Part shown: one piece after another, positions 54,772 through 63,587 of the stretch
Numbering within the stretch: position 1 is the stretch's first letter
Layout of the letters: every line of letters begins with the position of its first letter
Assembly (NCBI GenBank): GCA_030428255.1
Contig: JAUIBT010000008.1
Coordinates: forward strand, 26,794 to 90,793
Direction of reading: 5' to 3'
DNA: 64,000 nt
Source: Alphaproteobacteria bacterium
Lineage (GTDB): Bacteria; Pseudomonadota; Alphaproteobacteria; UBA7985; JAUIBT01
Translations under genes and position numbers: made by a program
The notes under the pieces: model-generated
What the model saw: only the letters and a program-made list of their open reading frames with translations
Databases searched by the model: none
Told to the model about the DNA's origin: nothing

Positions 54772-56124
54772 ATGGGCCAGAGTGACAACCGACGCAGCTA
54801 TCAATCGCGGGTCCACCCCGACAATTTCCGCCATCGACCGACCGCGAATGACGCTCAAGGCGATCCCTTGGGTTTGGGTTCCTTTGGCGACCTGGGGCCT
54901 GGTGACCCGGCGCTCAGCGAGTGGCAAGCGGCCGGTCTCGAGCTGCCAGATGTGCCCAGCATGCGCGCCCATCGCTTGCAACGCTTGCGCAGCAAGTTGG
55001 CCGAGCACGGCTGTGCCGCCGGGCTGTTCTATGATCCCATGAACGTGCGCTATGCCACCGACAGCACCAACATGCAGATTTGGTGCCTGCACAACGCGGT
55101 GCGCTATACGTTGGTGTTTGTCGATGGCCCGGTGCTGGTCTGGGATTTCCACGGCTGCGAGCACCTCAACACCCACCTGCCGCTGGTCGACGAAGTGCGC
55201 AACGCCACGGCCTACTACTACTTTGCCACCGGCGAGCGATCTGAGGAGACGGCGGCGCGCTGGGCCACTGAAGTCGATGAGGTGCTGCGCCGCCACATGG
55301 GCAGCTCCAAACGCATCGCGGTGGACAAGCTGGAGCTGCACGGCAGCAAGGCACTGGAGGCTAAGGGCTGGCAGCTCTATGACGGGCAGATGGTGGCCGA
55401 GCAAGCCCGCGTGATAAAGGGCAGCGAGGAGATCAAAGCGCTGCGTTGTGTCACCCATGCTACCGAGGTTGCCATGCGCCACATGCAAGACGCGCTGGTG
55501 CCGGGCATCTCTGAACAAGAGCTGTGGGCTGTGTTGCACCGCGAGAACATCGCGCGCGGCGGCGAGTGGATTGAAACCCGCCTGCTGGCCTCAGGCCCGC
55601 GCTCCAATCCTTGGTTCCAGGAGTGCTCCTCGCGCCGGGTCGAGGACGGTGATATCGTGGCCTTTGATACCGATCTGGTCGGTGCCTGGGGTTATATGTG
55701 CGATATCTCGCGCACCTGGTTGGCGGGCGACCGCGAGGCGACGGGCGAACAGCGCGAACTCTATAAAATGGCGCGCGAGCAGATCGCCTATAACCTTGAC
55801 GTGATCAGGCCGGGCCTGTCCTTCTTGGAGTACAGCCAGCAAGCCTTTGTTTTGCCTGAAGACTTTCAAGCCAACCGCTATTCGGTCATCACCCACGGCG
55901 TAGGCCAGTGCGATGAATACCCCAGCATTTACTACCCAACGGACGTGGCCGCGGTCGGCTATGACGGCATGATCGAGCCCGGCATGTGCCTGACGGTTGA
56001 AAGCCTAATCGGCAAGGTAGGCGGGCGCGAGTGCGTTAAGCTGGAGGAACAACTCATGGTGACCGAAACCGGCGTTGAGGTCATGTCGCGCTATCCGTTT
56101 GAGGACGCACGCTTCGGGCTGTAA
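54772..56124 (+). CDS. dddP: M24 metallopeptidase-fold protein, DMSP lyase DddP-like
   Basis: Motifs I recall from Roseobacter DddP: EW..AGL.LPD, RYATDSTNMQ.W, RGGEWIETRLLASGPR.NPWFQEC, FDTD, DISRTW, HGVG.CDE, KLE.Q. Confidence 0.8.
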   Translation: MGQSDNRRSYQSRVHPDNFRHRPTANDAQGDPLGLGSFGDLGPGDPALSEWQAAGLELPDVPSMRAHRLQRLRSKLAEHGCAAGLFYDPMNVRYATDSTNMQIWCLHNAVRYTLVFVDGPVLVWDFHGCEHLNTHLPLVDEVRNATAYYYFATGERSEETAARWATEVDEVLRRHMGSSKRIAVDKLELHGSKALEAKGWQLYDGQMVAEQARVIKGSEEIKALRCVTHATEVAMRHMQDALVPGISEQELWAVLHRENIARGGEWIETRLLASGPRSNPWFQECSSRRVEDGDIVAFDTDLVGAWGYMCDISRTWLAGDREATGEQRELYKMAREQIAYNLDVIRPGLSFLEYSQQAFVLPEDFQANRYSVITHGVGQCDEYPSIYYPTDVAAVGYDGMIEPGMCLTVESLIGKVGGRECVKLEEQLMVTETGVEVMSRYPFEDARFGL

Positions 56125-56149
56125 GGAGGCGTTCAGCGCGAGCCGAGCG

Positions 56150-56782
56150 CTATTTCAACCCTGAGCCCACCGCCAGATTGTGCTGCTCACAGTGGTTGTC
56201 GCCTTCGGGATTGGTGAAGTTGAAGTCGGTGAAAGCCAGGCACTTCAACTCCAGCTCGGCCTCTTCCAGATAGCGCATGACTGGGCTGCCTTCGCTGGGG
56301 TTGCCTGCCACGTAATCATAGACCTGCTCGGTTGACAAGATCGCCCGCGGATTGATGGACTCGGCGTCGTGGGTCTTCACCCCATTGCGGGTCAGGACAT
56401 CGGTGACCGCGAGCCACTGTGCGCGGCTGGTGGTCTCAAAATCGTAGAGAATGGTATCGCGCACCAGCGCCATGATCGCAACAATACGGGCGTACTCGCG
56501 TGTGTTGGCGTCGTCTTGATAGCTGTCGGTGGCCGAGAGCTGTTCGCCGCCAGCCAGAGGCGCACCGCTCGGTCTCAGAACCGCGCCGCTTGAGGACACG
56601 ACCTGCACAAAGCCATAGGTAAAGGCGGATGGATCGATGTTGTGGCGGCCGCCCTCGTCGATCAGAGGCTCACCCGTCCGCCGACTGGTCAGGCCATAGG
56701 ACCACTTGCCGGTCAGGTCTTCAGCCCATGCGGCTTGGGTCAGCAGGCCCAAGGCCGTTGCTAAGAGGATGAGTGTTCGCAT
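56150..56782 (-). CDS. Secreted hypothetical protein
   Basis: GGGAG RBS; signal MRTLILLATALGLLTQAAWA; C-terminal Cys pair; no family recognised. Confidence 0.7.
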   Translation of the reverse strand: MRTLILLATALGLLTQAAWAEDLTGKWSYGLTSRRTGEPLIDEGGRHNIDPSAFTYGFVQVVSSSGAVLRPSGAPLAGGEQLSATDSYQDDANTREYARIVAIMALVRDTILYDFETTSRAQWLAVTDVLTRNGVKTHDAESINPRAILSTEQVYDYVAGNPSEGSPVMRYLEEAELELKCLAFTDFNFTNPEGDNHCEQHNLAVGSGLK

Positions 56783-56992
56783 GGCGCGTCTCCCTGGCTC
56801 AGTGGTGCGCGCCTGGCGGGTAAGCCCCCTGCGCACAAAGCACCATACTAGAGCGTTTGACTAGCAAAGCGCCAGCCCCCCCCGATGTGGCCATGCGCCT
56901 GTTGGCGCAAATTCATGGCTTTTTGACAGGCGGCGGCGCAGCTCAAGTCAAGGAGTGGCGCGGCTTTCGCGCGGTCTGCGCCGGGTGCAAGT

Positions 56993-57937
56993 CTAGCCAA
57001 CAAAGGCCTTTTCGATGACAAAATCAGCCGGCCGCGCGTTCGAACCTTCTTCCAGCCCATAGTCCTCGCACATGGCTTTGCAGTCCTGCAGCATGGCCAT
57101 GGAGCCGCAGATCATCACGCGGTCGGTCTCAGGATTGAGCGCCGGAAGCCCGGTCAGCTCGGCAAAGCGGCCAGAGCGCATGAGGTCGGTGATGCGGCCT
57201 TGCACGGGGTAGTCCTCGCGCGTGACCGAGGTGAAGTGCAGCAGCTTATCGCCAACAATCTCGCTCAGGATCTCGTCGGTCTTGATCTGCTCGGCCAGTT
57301 CAAAGCCGTACTGCAGCTCGGCGGCGGTGCGGCAGGTGTGCGTCAGCACGATGCGCTCGAACTTCTCGTAGGCTTCGGGCTCGCGGATCATCGAGGCAAA
57401 GGGCGCAATGCCGGTGCCGGTGGACAGCAAATACAGCGTTTTGCCCGGGCGCAGCGCATCCAACACCAGCGTGCCGGTGGGCTTGCGGTTGAGCAGCACC
57501 TCGTCGCCGGGCTGAATCTTTTGCAGGCGCGAGGTCAAAGGGCCGTCGGGCACCTTGATCGAATAGAACTCCAGCTCGTCGTGCCAAGCCGGGCTGGCCA
57601 CCGAATAGGCGCGCAGCAAGGGCTTGCCGTCGTCCTTGGTCAAACCGATCATGACGAATTCACCTGAGCGGAAGCGGAAGCCGTCCGGGCGGGTCATGGT
57701 GAAGCGGAACAGGTGATCAGTGTAGTGCTGGGTCGCGGTGACCGTACAGGTGTACATATTGGGGTTCGTTGACTTCTGTTTGGCGCGGGCCTCTGGCTTG
57801 GGGGCAGGCGCGCTGCTTGCTTGCTCGAGCACGTCCGCAACCAGCCCACCGCGGTGGGCCTGCGTCGCGCCGAGGGCGTCTAGGCCTAGGTCTTGGCCCC
57901 TTGTAGAGGCGGAGTCAAAAGAGGTCAATTCGGTCAT
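56993..57937 (-). CDS. fpr: Ferredoxin--NADP+ reductase
   Basis: RFRSGEFVMIG, RAYSVAS, GPLTSRLQ, TGTGIAPF, MICGS, EKAFVG; start uncertain (low-complexity N-terminal extension). Confidence 0.93.
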   Translation of the reverse strand: MTELTSFDSASTRGQDLGLDALGATQAHRGGLVADVLEQASSAPAPKPEARAKQKSTNPNMYTCTVTATQHYTDHLFRFTMTRPDGFRFRSGEFVMIGLTKDDGKPLLRAYSVASPAWHDELEFYSIKVPDGPLTSRLQKIQPGDEVLLNRKPTGTLVLDALRPGKTLYLLSTGTGIAPFASMIREPEAYEKFERIVLTHTCRTAAELQYGFELAEQIKTDEILSEIVGDKLLHFTSVTREDYPVQGRITDLMRSGRFAELTGLPALNPETDRVMICGSMAMLQDCKAMCEDYGLEEGSNARPADFVIEKAFVG

Positions 57938-58075
57938 GTCGTCATAGGTCTTGTCTTGGAGGAGAGCGGCGATCAGGCGCGCGCTTCTAAGCTAAGGGCG
58001 CAGGTGGCGCCTGTCAGGCTCGGGAAATTGCGGAGGGCGGCCCGCACTTTGTCGCGGTGTTGGTGGCGTGGCGCC

Positions 58076-58558
58076 CTACTGTCCCTGGCTGCGTTGCTGC
58101 CAGATATCCGGTCCGGCTAGGCGGCCAGCCAAAGATGCCGGCAAGCGCTGCTGGCTATAGAGGCGGGCGACCACTACATCCAAGGCGGCACGCCAGGCGG
58201 CCTCGTTGTGCCGTTCGACCAGGTCTTGTTCCAGCCACAGGCCATCAAAGCCAGACTGCATGGCGTGGCGCGCTTGGTCAGGCATCAGCCTGCCCAGTGC
58301 CACCAGCCTGCCGTCAAAGCCAGCGTTGCGCAGACGGCGGGCGAGCGAGAAACTGCGCCCGTCGTGCGGGGTTTTAAACACCAAGCCGATGCTTTGCAAA
58401 GGCAAAAGGTTGGCAAGCCCCAGGTCCTGAACCGCTTCGGGTTCCAACAGCAGGTCGAGCGTCGGCATGGGAGCGGCGGTAAAGCTGCCGTCGCCATCCA
58501 GCCGCCAGCCCTCGCCAGCGCCTTGTTCTGCGGGCTGAAGGTCCAGAGTGTCAGACAT
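58076..58558 (-). CDS. DUF934 domain protein
   Basis: DGRSFSLARRLR..GFDG.L.A.G..MPDQ....QSGFD; usual position after sulfite reductase. Confidence 0.85.
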   Translation of the reverse strand: MSDTLDLQPAEQGAGEGWRLDGDGSFTAAPMPTLDLLLEPEAVQDLGLANLLPLQSIGLVFKTPHDGRSFSLARRLRNAGFDGRLVALGRLMPDQARHAMQSGFDGLWLEQDLVERHNEAAWRAALDVVVARLYSQQRLPASLAGRLAGPDIWQQRSQGQ

Positions 58559-60185
58559 AGACCGCCTCCTTAAAGGGCTGTTTGCCGACGCGGGCATAGG
58601 TTGTTGCAAAGTCCTCGCCATCCGCACGCAGGGCCTGCCAAGTGTCGATCAGTGTTTCAATGACCTCGGGCACTTGGTCTTGCGAGAAACCTGGGCCCAG
58701 GATGTCGCCGACCTTGGCGTCCTCATCGGCGCGCCCGCCCAAAGAAATCTGGTAGGTCTCGGTCTCGGTGCGATTGAGGCCCAAGATGCCGATGTTGGCC
58801 GCGTGATGATGGCCACAGGCGTTGATACAGCCCGAAATGTTGAGGCTCAAATCCAGCGGGCCTTGCAGGCGCTCACGCTCGCGCAGCCGGTGGCTCAGGG
58901 CTTGGGCGACAGGGATCGAGCGGGCGGTTGCCAGCGCACAGTAGTCCAAGCCGGGGCAGGCAATGATGTCCGAGGCAAGGCCGATGTTGGCCTCGGCCAA
59001 ATCCTGTTCCAACAGCGCGTGATACAGCTCCTCAAGGTCGTTAAGTTTGACCCAAGGCAGCACCAGGTTTTGGCGGTGCGAGACGCGCAGCTCGCTCGCT
59101 GAGTAGCGCTCAGCCAGGGCCGCGACGGCCCGCATTTGCGCGCCGCTGGCGTCGCCAGGAATGGCGCCCTTGGCTTTCAAGGAAATGGCGATCGCCGCAT
59201 AGCCTGGCACCTTGTGGGCCATGCCATTTTGCTGCAACCAAGCCTGGAAAGCGGGCGAGCCTTGCGGCAGCTTTTGGCCCTGTAATGCTGGCCGCTGCGC
59301 GGTTTCAAACTGGGCTGCGATGCGGCGATACTCGCCCAAGGCAGGCGCAAACACGCTGCGATCAATCTGGCCCAGCTCCTCAGCCACAGCGGCGCGATAG
59401 GGCTCCAGGCCCATTTCGTCAATCAAGATCTTGATGCGTGCCTTGTACTTGTTGTCTCGGCGTCCTGCCAGGTTATAGACCCGCAACATGGCGTCGAGTG
59501 TTGGCAGCAGATCCGCCAGCGGCACGGCCTTTTGGAACAAGCGCGCGACGCGCGGCGTGCGGCCCTGGCCTCCGCCGACCCAAATGTCATAGATCGGCTG
59601 CCCGGCGTCATCCAGCTTGGCCCACAGACCGATGTCGTGAAACTTCATGGCGGCGCGGTCTTGCGCTGCGCCCAGCACGGCAATCTTAAACTTGCGCGGC
59701 AAAAAGGCGAACTCAGGGTGCAAAGAGGACCATTGACGCAGCAGCTCGGCGGTAGGGCGCGGGTCCAGCCATTCGTCGCCAGCAACCCCGGCATAGGCGT
59801 CGGTGGTGACGTTGCGAATACAGTTGCCCGAGGTCTGGATAGCGTGCATTTGCACGCTGGCCAGGGCGTCGATCATGTCGGCCACATCGCTCAACTTGGT
59901 CCAGTTGTACTGGATGTTCTGGCGGGTGGTGAAGTGTCCATAGCCTTTATCGTAGCGATCTGCCAGATCGCCGAGCATCTGCAACTGGCGCGCATTGAGC
60001 ACGCCATAAGGAATGGCGACGCGCAGCATGTAGGCGTGAAGCTGCAAATATAGGCCGTTTTGCAAGCGCAGCGGCTTGAACTCGTCCTCGCTCAGGGCTC
60101 CGGACAAGCGGCGGTTGATCTGATCGCGGAATTCGGCCGCGCGCTGATCGACGAAGGTCTGGTCGAAAGTGTCGTAGGCGTACAT
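58551..60185 (-). CDS. cysI: Nitrite/sulfite reductase hemoprotein (ferredoxin-dependent CysI type)
   Basis: RLQNGLYLQLHAYMLRVAIPYG, HFTTRQNIQ, LPRKFKIA, CPGLDYC, ISGCINACGHH. Confidence 0.92.
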   Translation of the reverse strand: MYAYDTFDQTFVDQRAAEFRDQINRRLSGALSEDEFKPLRLQNGLYLQLHAYMLRVAIPYGVLNARQLQMLGDLADRYDKGYGHFTTRQNIQYNWTKLSDVADMIDALASVQMHAIQTSGNCIRNVTTDAYAGVAGDEWLDPRPTAELLRQWSSLHPEFAFLPRKFKIAVLGAAQDRAAMKFHDIGLWAKLDDAGQPIYDIWVGGGQGRTPRVARLFQKAVPLADLLPTLDAMLRVYNLAGRRDNKYKARIKILIDEMGLEPYRAAVAEELGQIDRSVFAPALGEYRRIAAQFETAQRPALQGQKLPQGSPAFQAWLQQNGMAHKVPGYAAIAISLKAKGAIPGDASGAQMRAVAALAERYSASELRVSHRQNLVLPWVKLNDLEELYHALLEQDLAEANIGLASDIIACPGLDYCALATARSIPVAQALSHRLRERERLQGPLDLSLNISGCINACGHHHAANIGILGLNRTETETYQISLGGRADEDAKVGDILGPGFSQDQVPEVIETLIDTWQALRADGEDFATTYARVGKQPFKEAVYV

Positions 60186-60211
60186 GCGGTGGTCCTAAAA
60201 TAGCTAGGCGG

Positions 60212-60250
60212 CAAGACTGGTCATCAAGACTGGTCAGCAAGACCGGTCGG
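60212..60250. repeat. 13-bp tandem repeat (3 copies) next to the DUF2849 stop codon
   Basis: CAAGACTGGTCAT CAAGACTGGTCAG CAAGACCGGTCGG. Confidence 0.85.
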
Positions 60251-60255
60251 CAAAG

Positions 60256-60567
60256 CTAGGCAGCTTTGGCGAAATCCTGCTGGCTCTCGCTGGCGGTGGT
60301 GCGCAGCGCCAATGTCACGCCCTGCAAGCGGCGCTGGTCGCGCAGCTCGATGGGCTGGTGGGCGGCGTTGACCGGGATCAGCGCGGCACCAACGATGCGA
60401 TTGGCGGCCTCTTCAGCGCTGCCCAGTGGCTCAAGGGTGGCGGGGTCGCTGGCAAACAAGGCCGCGGTGAAATCTGAGCACCAGCCTGCCTCCTGGCTCC
60501 AGAAAACCAGAGCGCCGGTCAGAAGGTCATTGGCGGCCAAAGCGTAGGCAGAAGCAGAACGAGCCAT
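60256..60567 (-). CDS. DUF2849 domain protein
   Basis: ANDLLTGALVF..W, position between cysG and cysI. Confidence 0.8.
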   Translation of the reverse strand: MARSASAYALAANDLLTGALVFWSQEAGWCSDFTAALFASDPATLEPLGSAEEAANRIVGAALIPVNAAHQPIELRDQRRLQGVTLALRTTASESQQDFAKAA

Positions 60568-60590
60568 GAGAGTATCCTTTATGGGCAGGG

Positions 60591-61580
60591 TTAAACCTGG
60601 TGGGCGAAACGGGCTTGGCGCGGTTGAACTGGGGTCAAGGCGGCCAAGCCAGGGATGATGTCGAGGTGGCTTTGCGGCAACTGTGAGCCAGCCAGCAGCG
60701 CGCGGGGATCCGCTTGGCGCGAAACCAGGGCCAGGGCCTGACCTGCGGCCAGGCGGACTTGCACTTCTTCGTCCAGCGAACGGCTGAGCGCGCTAATCGG
60801 CAGCAACTCGGCCTCGCGGCGGGCCAACTCTAGCAAGGGCAACGGTAGGCCGGGCTCGAAGATGACGGCGTCAGCTTCGTCAAGCGCGCGCCGGGCTTTG
60901 AGGGGCAGCAATTCGGGGTCAGCGCTGCCGGTGCCAATGAGGCTGAGGTGAGCGTTCGGCTTGGCGTTCTGCACCAGCGCTTGCGCCAAGGCCTGGGCCT
61001 GGCGAGGGGACTGGGGCGCGGGGGCAGCAAAAAAGGCTTGCCAAAAGCTGCGGCGGGCGCGACCGGGTGCTAAGGTTTCAGCGACCCATGGACGCAAACC
61101 GCGCGCCAAGCGAGCCACGTCACCCAGAGCGCTGGGCAACAGAGCCTCTACCTGGGCTTTAATCTTGCGGGCCAGCATGGGCGCACTGCCCTCAGTGCCG
61201 ATGGCGATGACCACGGGGTCGCGATCAACCAAGGCCGGGGTGATGAAGTCGCTGACCTCGGGCTGATCGGCGGCGCAAACCAGGATGCCTAGGGCGCGCA
61301 TGCGTTGCGCGATGGCGGCGTCTTGCGCGCGATCACCGGTGGCGGCATAGGCGAAGAGGGCGTCGCTGGGCAAGGGCGCGCTGAGAGGGTCGGCGGCGAT
61401 GTGCTTGACCTGGGGCTGGCCAGCCAAGTCGATCTCAGCGCTCTCGATCTCAGGAGCGATCAGCCAAATGCTTGCCTGGGTCTTGACAAGCAAGCGCAGC
61501 TTGGCCGCAGCCTCTGAGCCTGCGCCAAAAATTAAAACCGAGCGTCCAGTGGTGGACAAAAACAGGGGAAAGGCCTGCAT
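60591..61580 (-). CDS. cysG: Siroheme synthase CysG-like: dehydrogenase/ferrochelatase module intact, methyltransferase module degenerate
   Basis: FPLF, GAGSEAAAK, DFITPALVDR, IGTEGSAPMLAR; C-terminal IGTGSADPELL present but no RLKGGDP. Confidence 0.8.
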   Translation of the reverse strand: MQAFPLFLSTTGRSVLIFGAGSEAAAKLRLLVKTQASIWLIAPEIESAEIDLAGQPQVKHIAADPLSAPLPSDALFAYAATGDRAQDAAIAQRMRALGILVCAADQPEVSDFITPALVDRDPVVIAIGTEGSAPMLARKIKAQVEALLPSALGDVARLARGLRPWVAETLAPGRARRSFWQAFFAAPAPQSPRQAQALAQALVQNAKPNAHLSLIGTGSADPELLPLKARRALDEADAVIFEPGLPLPLLELARREAELLPISALSRSLDEEVQVRLAAGQALALVSRQADPRALLAGSQLPQSHLDIIPGLAALTPVQPRQARFAHQV

Positions 61581-61734
61581 GGCCGGGTGCTCCCATAGCT
61601 TGACAACTGCCAATAATATGGGAATATTTCTTGCAATTGGTCAATATGCGGGAAAAAATAGAAACCGTATCGCGCTTAGGGCCCATCAGTTCAGTATTTT
61701 GTCCCATGTGACGCGACAGTTTGGTAAAAGAATC

Positions 61735-62196
61735 ATGCTTGATAATCTTGATAAGAAAATTCTCTCGGTCTTGCAGCGCGATGCCAGCTTGCCGCTGGAG
61801 AAAATCGCCAGCGAAGTCGGCTCTTCTAAGTCGCCGGTGTGGAACCGGATCCGCAAAATGAAGGAAGCGGGCATCATTCTGCGCGAGGTTGCGATCTTGG
61901 ACCCAGAGAAGATCGGCCAGCAGGAGACCTTTTTTGTGCAAATTCAGACCGACCAGCACTCAACCGAGTGGCTGGCCGAGTTTACGCGCGTGGTCAACGA
62001 TATGCCGGAGATTCAAGAGGTTCACCGCCTGGCCGGGCAGATCGACTATCTGCTGAAGGTGCGGGTGGGATCAACCAAGCAGTTCGACACCTTTTATAAG
62101 AAGTTCGTCAGCCGTTTGAGCCTGTTTAATGTCAACTCCAGCCTGTCGATGGAGCGGATCAAGGAGACAACCGCCTTCGGCCTAGATCTGGACTAG
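61735..62196 (+). CDS. Lrp/AsnC family transcriptional regulator
   Basis: LDNLDKKIL..LQRDA, WNRIRKMKEAGII, HRLAGQIDYLLKV; divergent from cysG. Confidence 0.92.
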   Translation: MLDNLDKKILSVLQRDASLPLEKIASEVGSSKSPVWNRIRKMKEAGIILREVAILDPEKIGQQETFFVQIQTDQHSTEWLAEFTRVVNDMPEIQEVHRLAGQIDYLLKVRVGSTKQFDTFYKKFVSRLSLFNVNSSLSMERIKETTAFGLDLD

Positions 62197-62272
62197 GCTA
62201 GATCTGGACTGGCCTAGATTTGGACCGGCGCGGCCTGAAGCTCGCTCGGCCTGAAGCCCGCTCGGCCTAAAG
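62182..62272. repeat. Two adjacent 16-bp tandem repeats; the first copies the end of the lrp gene
   Basis: CTAGATCTGGACTAGG CTAGATCTGGACTGGC CTAGATTTGGACCGGC (62182-62229); CGGCCTGAAGCTCGCT CGGCCTGAAGCCCGCT CGGCCTAAAG (62231-62272). Confidence 0.85.
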
Positions 62273-62289
62273 TTTGTGCTAGCGCCGGT

Positions 62290-62925
62290 TCAGCACTTGC
62301 GCCAAGCCGCCATCATGCCGCTGGCGTGCTCGGCGGGAAGGTACTCACAAGCACGCATCACCAGGCCGGTAATCTGCCCTTGTTGAACCAGGGTGCCCAA
62401 ATAGTCCTCAACGCTGCGCAGGCCCCAGGCTCTGGCATTGGTGCAGAGCACAAAGGTGCCGTCCGGCTCCAGCGCGGGCATCAGGTGATCCACCAGTTCG
62501 ACGCCCAAGAAGTCATAGGTTAGCGTGCCAACGGTGACGATGGCAGCGTAGGGCGCTTGCGCCAGGGATTGCGGCTGGCTGAGATCCGCGAGTGCCAGAT
62601 GCCGGTAGAGCCCCTTGTTCGCGGCCTGATCCAGCATGCCCTGGGAATAATCAAGGCCATCCATGACCTGAAAGCCCTCGTTGCGCAGCGCTTGCCCGGA
62701 TAGGCCGGTGCCGCAGCCTGCGTCCAGAACAGGGCGATCACGCCAGTCCACCAGCCCCGCCAACATGCGTGCGGCCTGCTGAGGCGCTGGGTAGCTGAGC
62801 GCGGTGAGGTCCGCGTCATAGCACCCGGCCCACTGGTCGTAATAGGTGCGGTTCTCCTGATCGCTGCCCACTTGGAACAGCGCCTTGAGCCGCTGCTCGG
62901 CGCCCGGAGCGTCTGGCTGTGTCAT
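62290..62925 (-). CDS. Class I SAM-dependent methyltransferase
   Basis: YDQWA..YD, VLDAGCGTGLSG, GLDYSQGML; GGGAGG RBS. Confidence 0.88.
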   Translation of the reverse strand: MTQPDAPGAEQRLKALFQVGSDQENRTYYDQWAGCYDADLTALSYPAPQQAARMLAGLVDWRDRPVLDAGCGTGLSGQALRNEGFQVMDGLDYSQGMLDQAANKGLYRHLALADLSQPQSLAQAPYAAIVTVGTLTYDFLGVELVDHLMPALEPDGTFVLCTNARAWGLRSVEDYLGTLVQQGQITGLVMRACEYLPAEHASGMMAAWRKC

Positions 62926-63117
62926 GTTTCCCTCCCACCTTACACATAAGCTAGTTTGCGCGCGCTTCAGATCGAGGTCAAGTCGCAAGTATTTGATAGT
63001 TCAGTGATTTTACGGGTGATTTGACCAGCAAATTCGACATTGAGATATGATTTAAAACAGTTTAATGAATTTAAACCCTATAAAATCTTTACAGCAGTGC
63101 TGGAGTTTGATAAGAGA

Positions 63118-63132
63118 GAACATAGATAGAAC
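63118..63132. promoter_or_regulatory. Alphaproteobacterial LexA (SOS) box
   Basis: GAAC-ATAGATA-GAAC is an exact GAAC-N7-GAAC, 20 bp before the TIGR02594 start, in an AT-rich promoter. Confidence 0.7.
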
Positions 63133-63152
63133 AAACAGGGCTAAAATGCAAG

Positions 63153-63587
63153 ATGTCTTCCTCACTTTCTCCCCTCCATCTCCTTGCGGCCGAGCGCGAG
63201 CTGGGCGTTCAAGAGATCAAGGGCGATCAACACAATCCGCGGATCCTGGCCTATCACGCCGCCACCAGCCTGGCCGCCAGCGATGACGAAACCCCTTGGT
63301 GCGCCTCCTTCGTCAACTGGTGCCTCGAGGTGACCGGCGAACACGGCACTCGTTCTGCGACTGCACGCTCCTTTTTGACCTGGGGCCAGGCGGTCGAGCC
63401 CTCGGCTGCCCAGCCCGGCGATGTTGCTGTCTTCAAACGAGGAAGTAGCCCCTGGCAGGGCCACGTCGGCTTCTTTGTTGGATGGGACGGCGATGATATT
63501 TGCCTGCTGGGAGGCAATCAAAACGACAGGGTCAGCATCACCCGCTATCCCGGTACGAAATTGCTCGGCCTGCGGCGAGCGGCCTGA
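63153..63587 (+). CDS. TIGR02594 family protein (NlpC/P60/CHAP-like putative cell-wall hydrolase)
   Basis: ELGVQE..G...NPRI..Y, DETPWCASFVNWCL, ARSF..WG, GHVGFF, LGGNQ. Confidence 0.88.
   Translation: MSSSLSPLHLLAAERELGVQEIKGDQHNPRILAYHAATSLAASDDETPWCASFVNWCLEVTGEHGTRSATARSFLTWGQAVEPSAAQPGDVAVFKRGSSPWQGHVGFFVGWDGDDICLLGGNQNDRVSITRYPGTKLLGLRRAA

Noticed and set aside
54589-55539. 316-aa minus-strand ORF
   Set aside because: Antisense shadow of dddP
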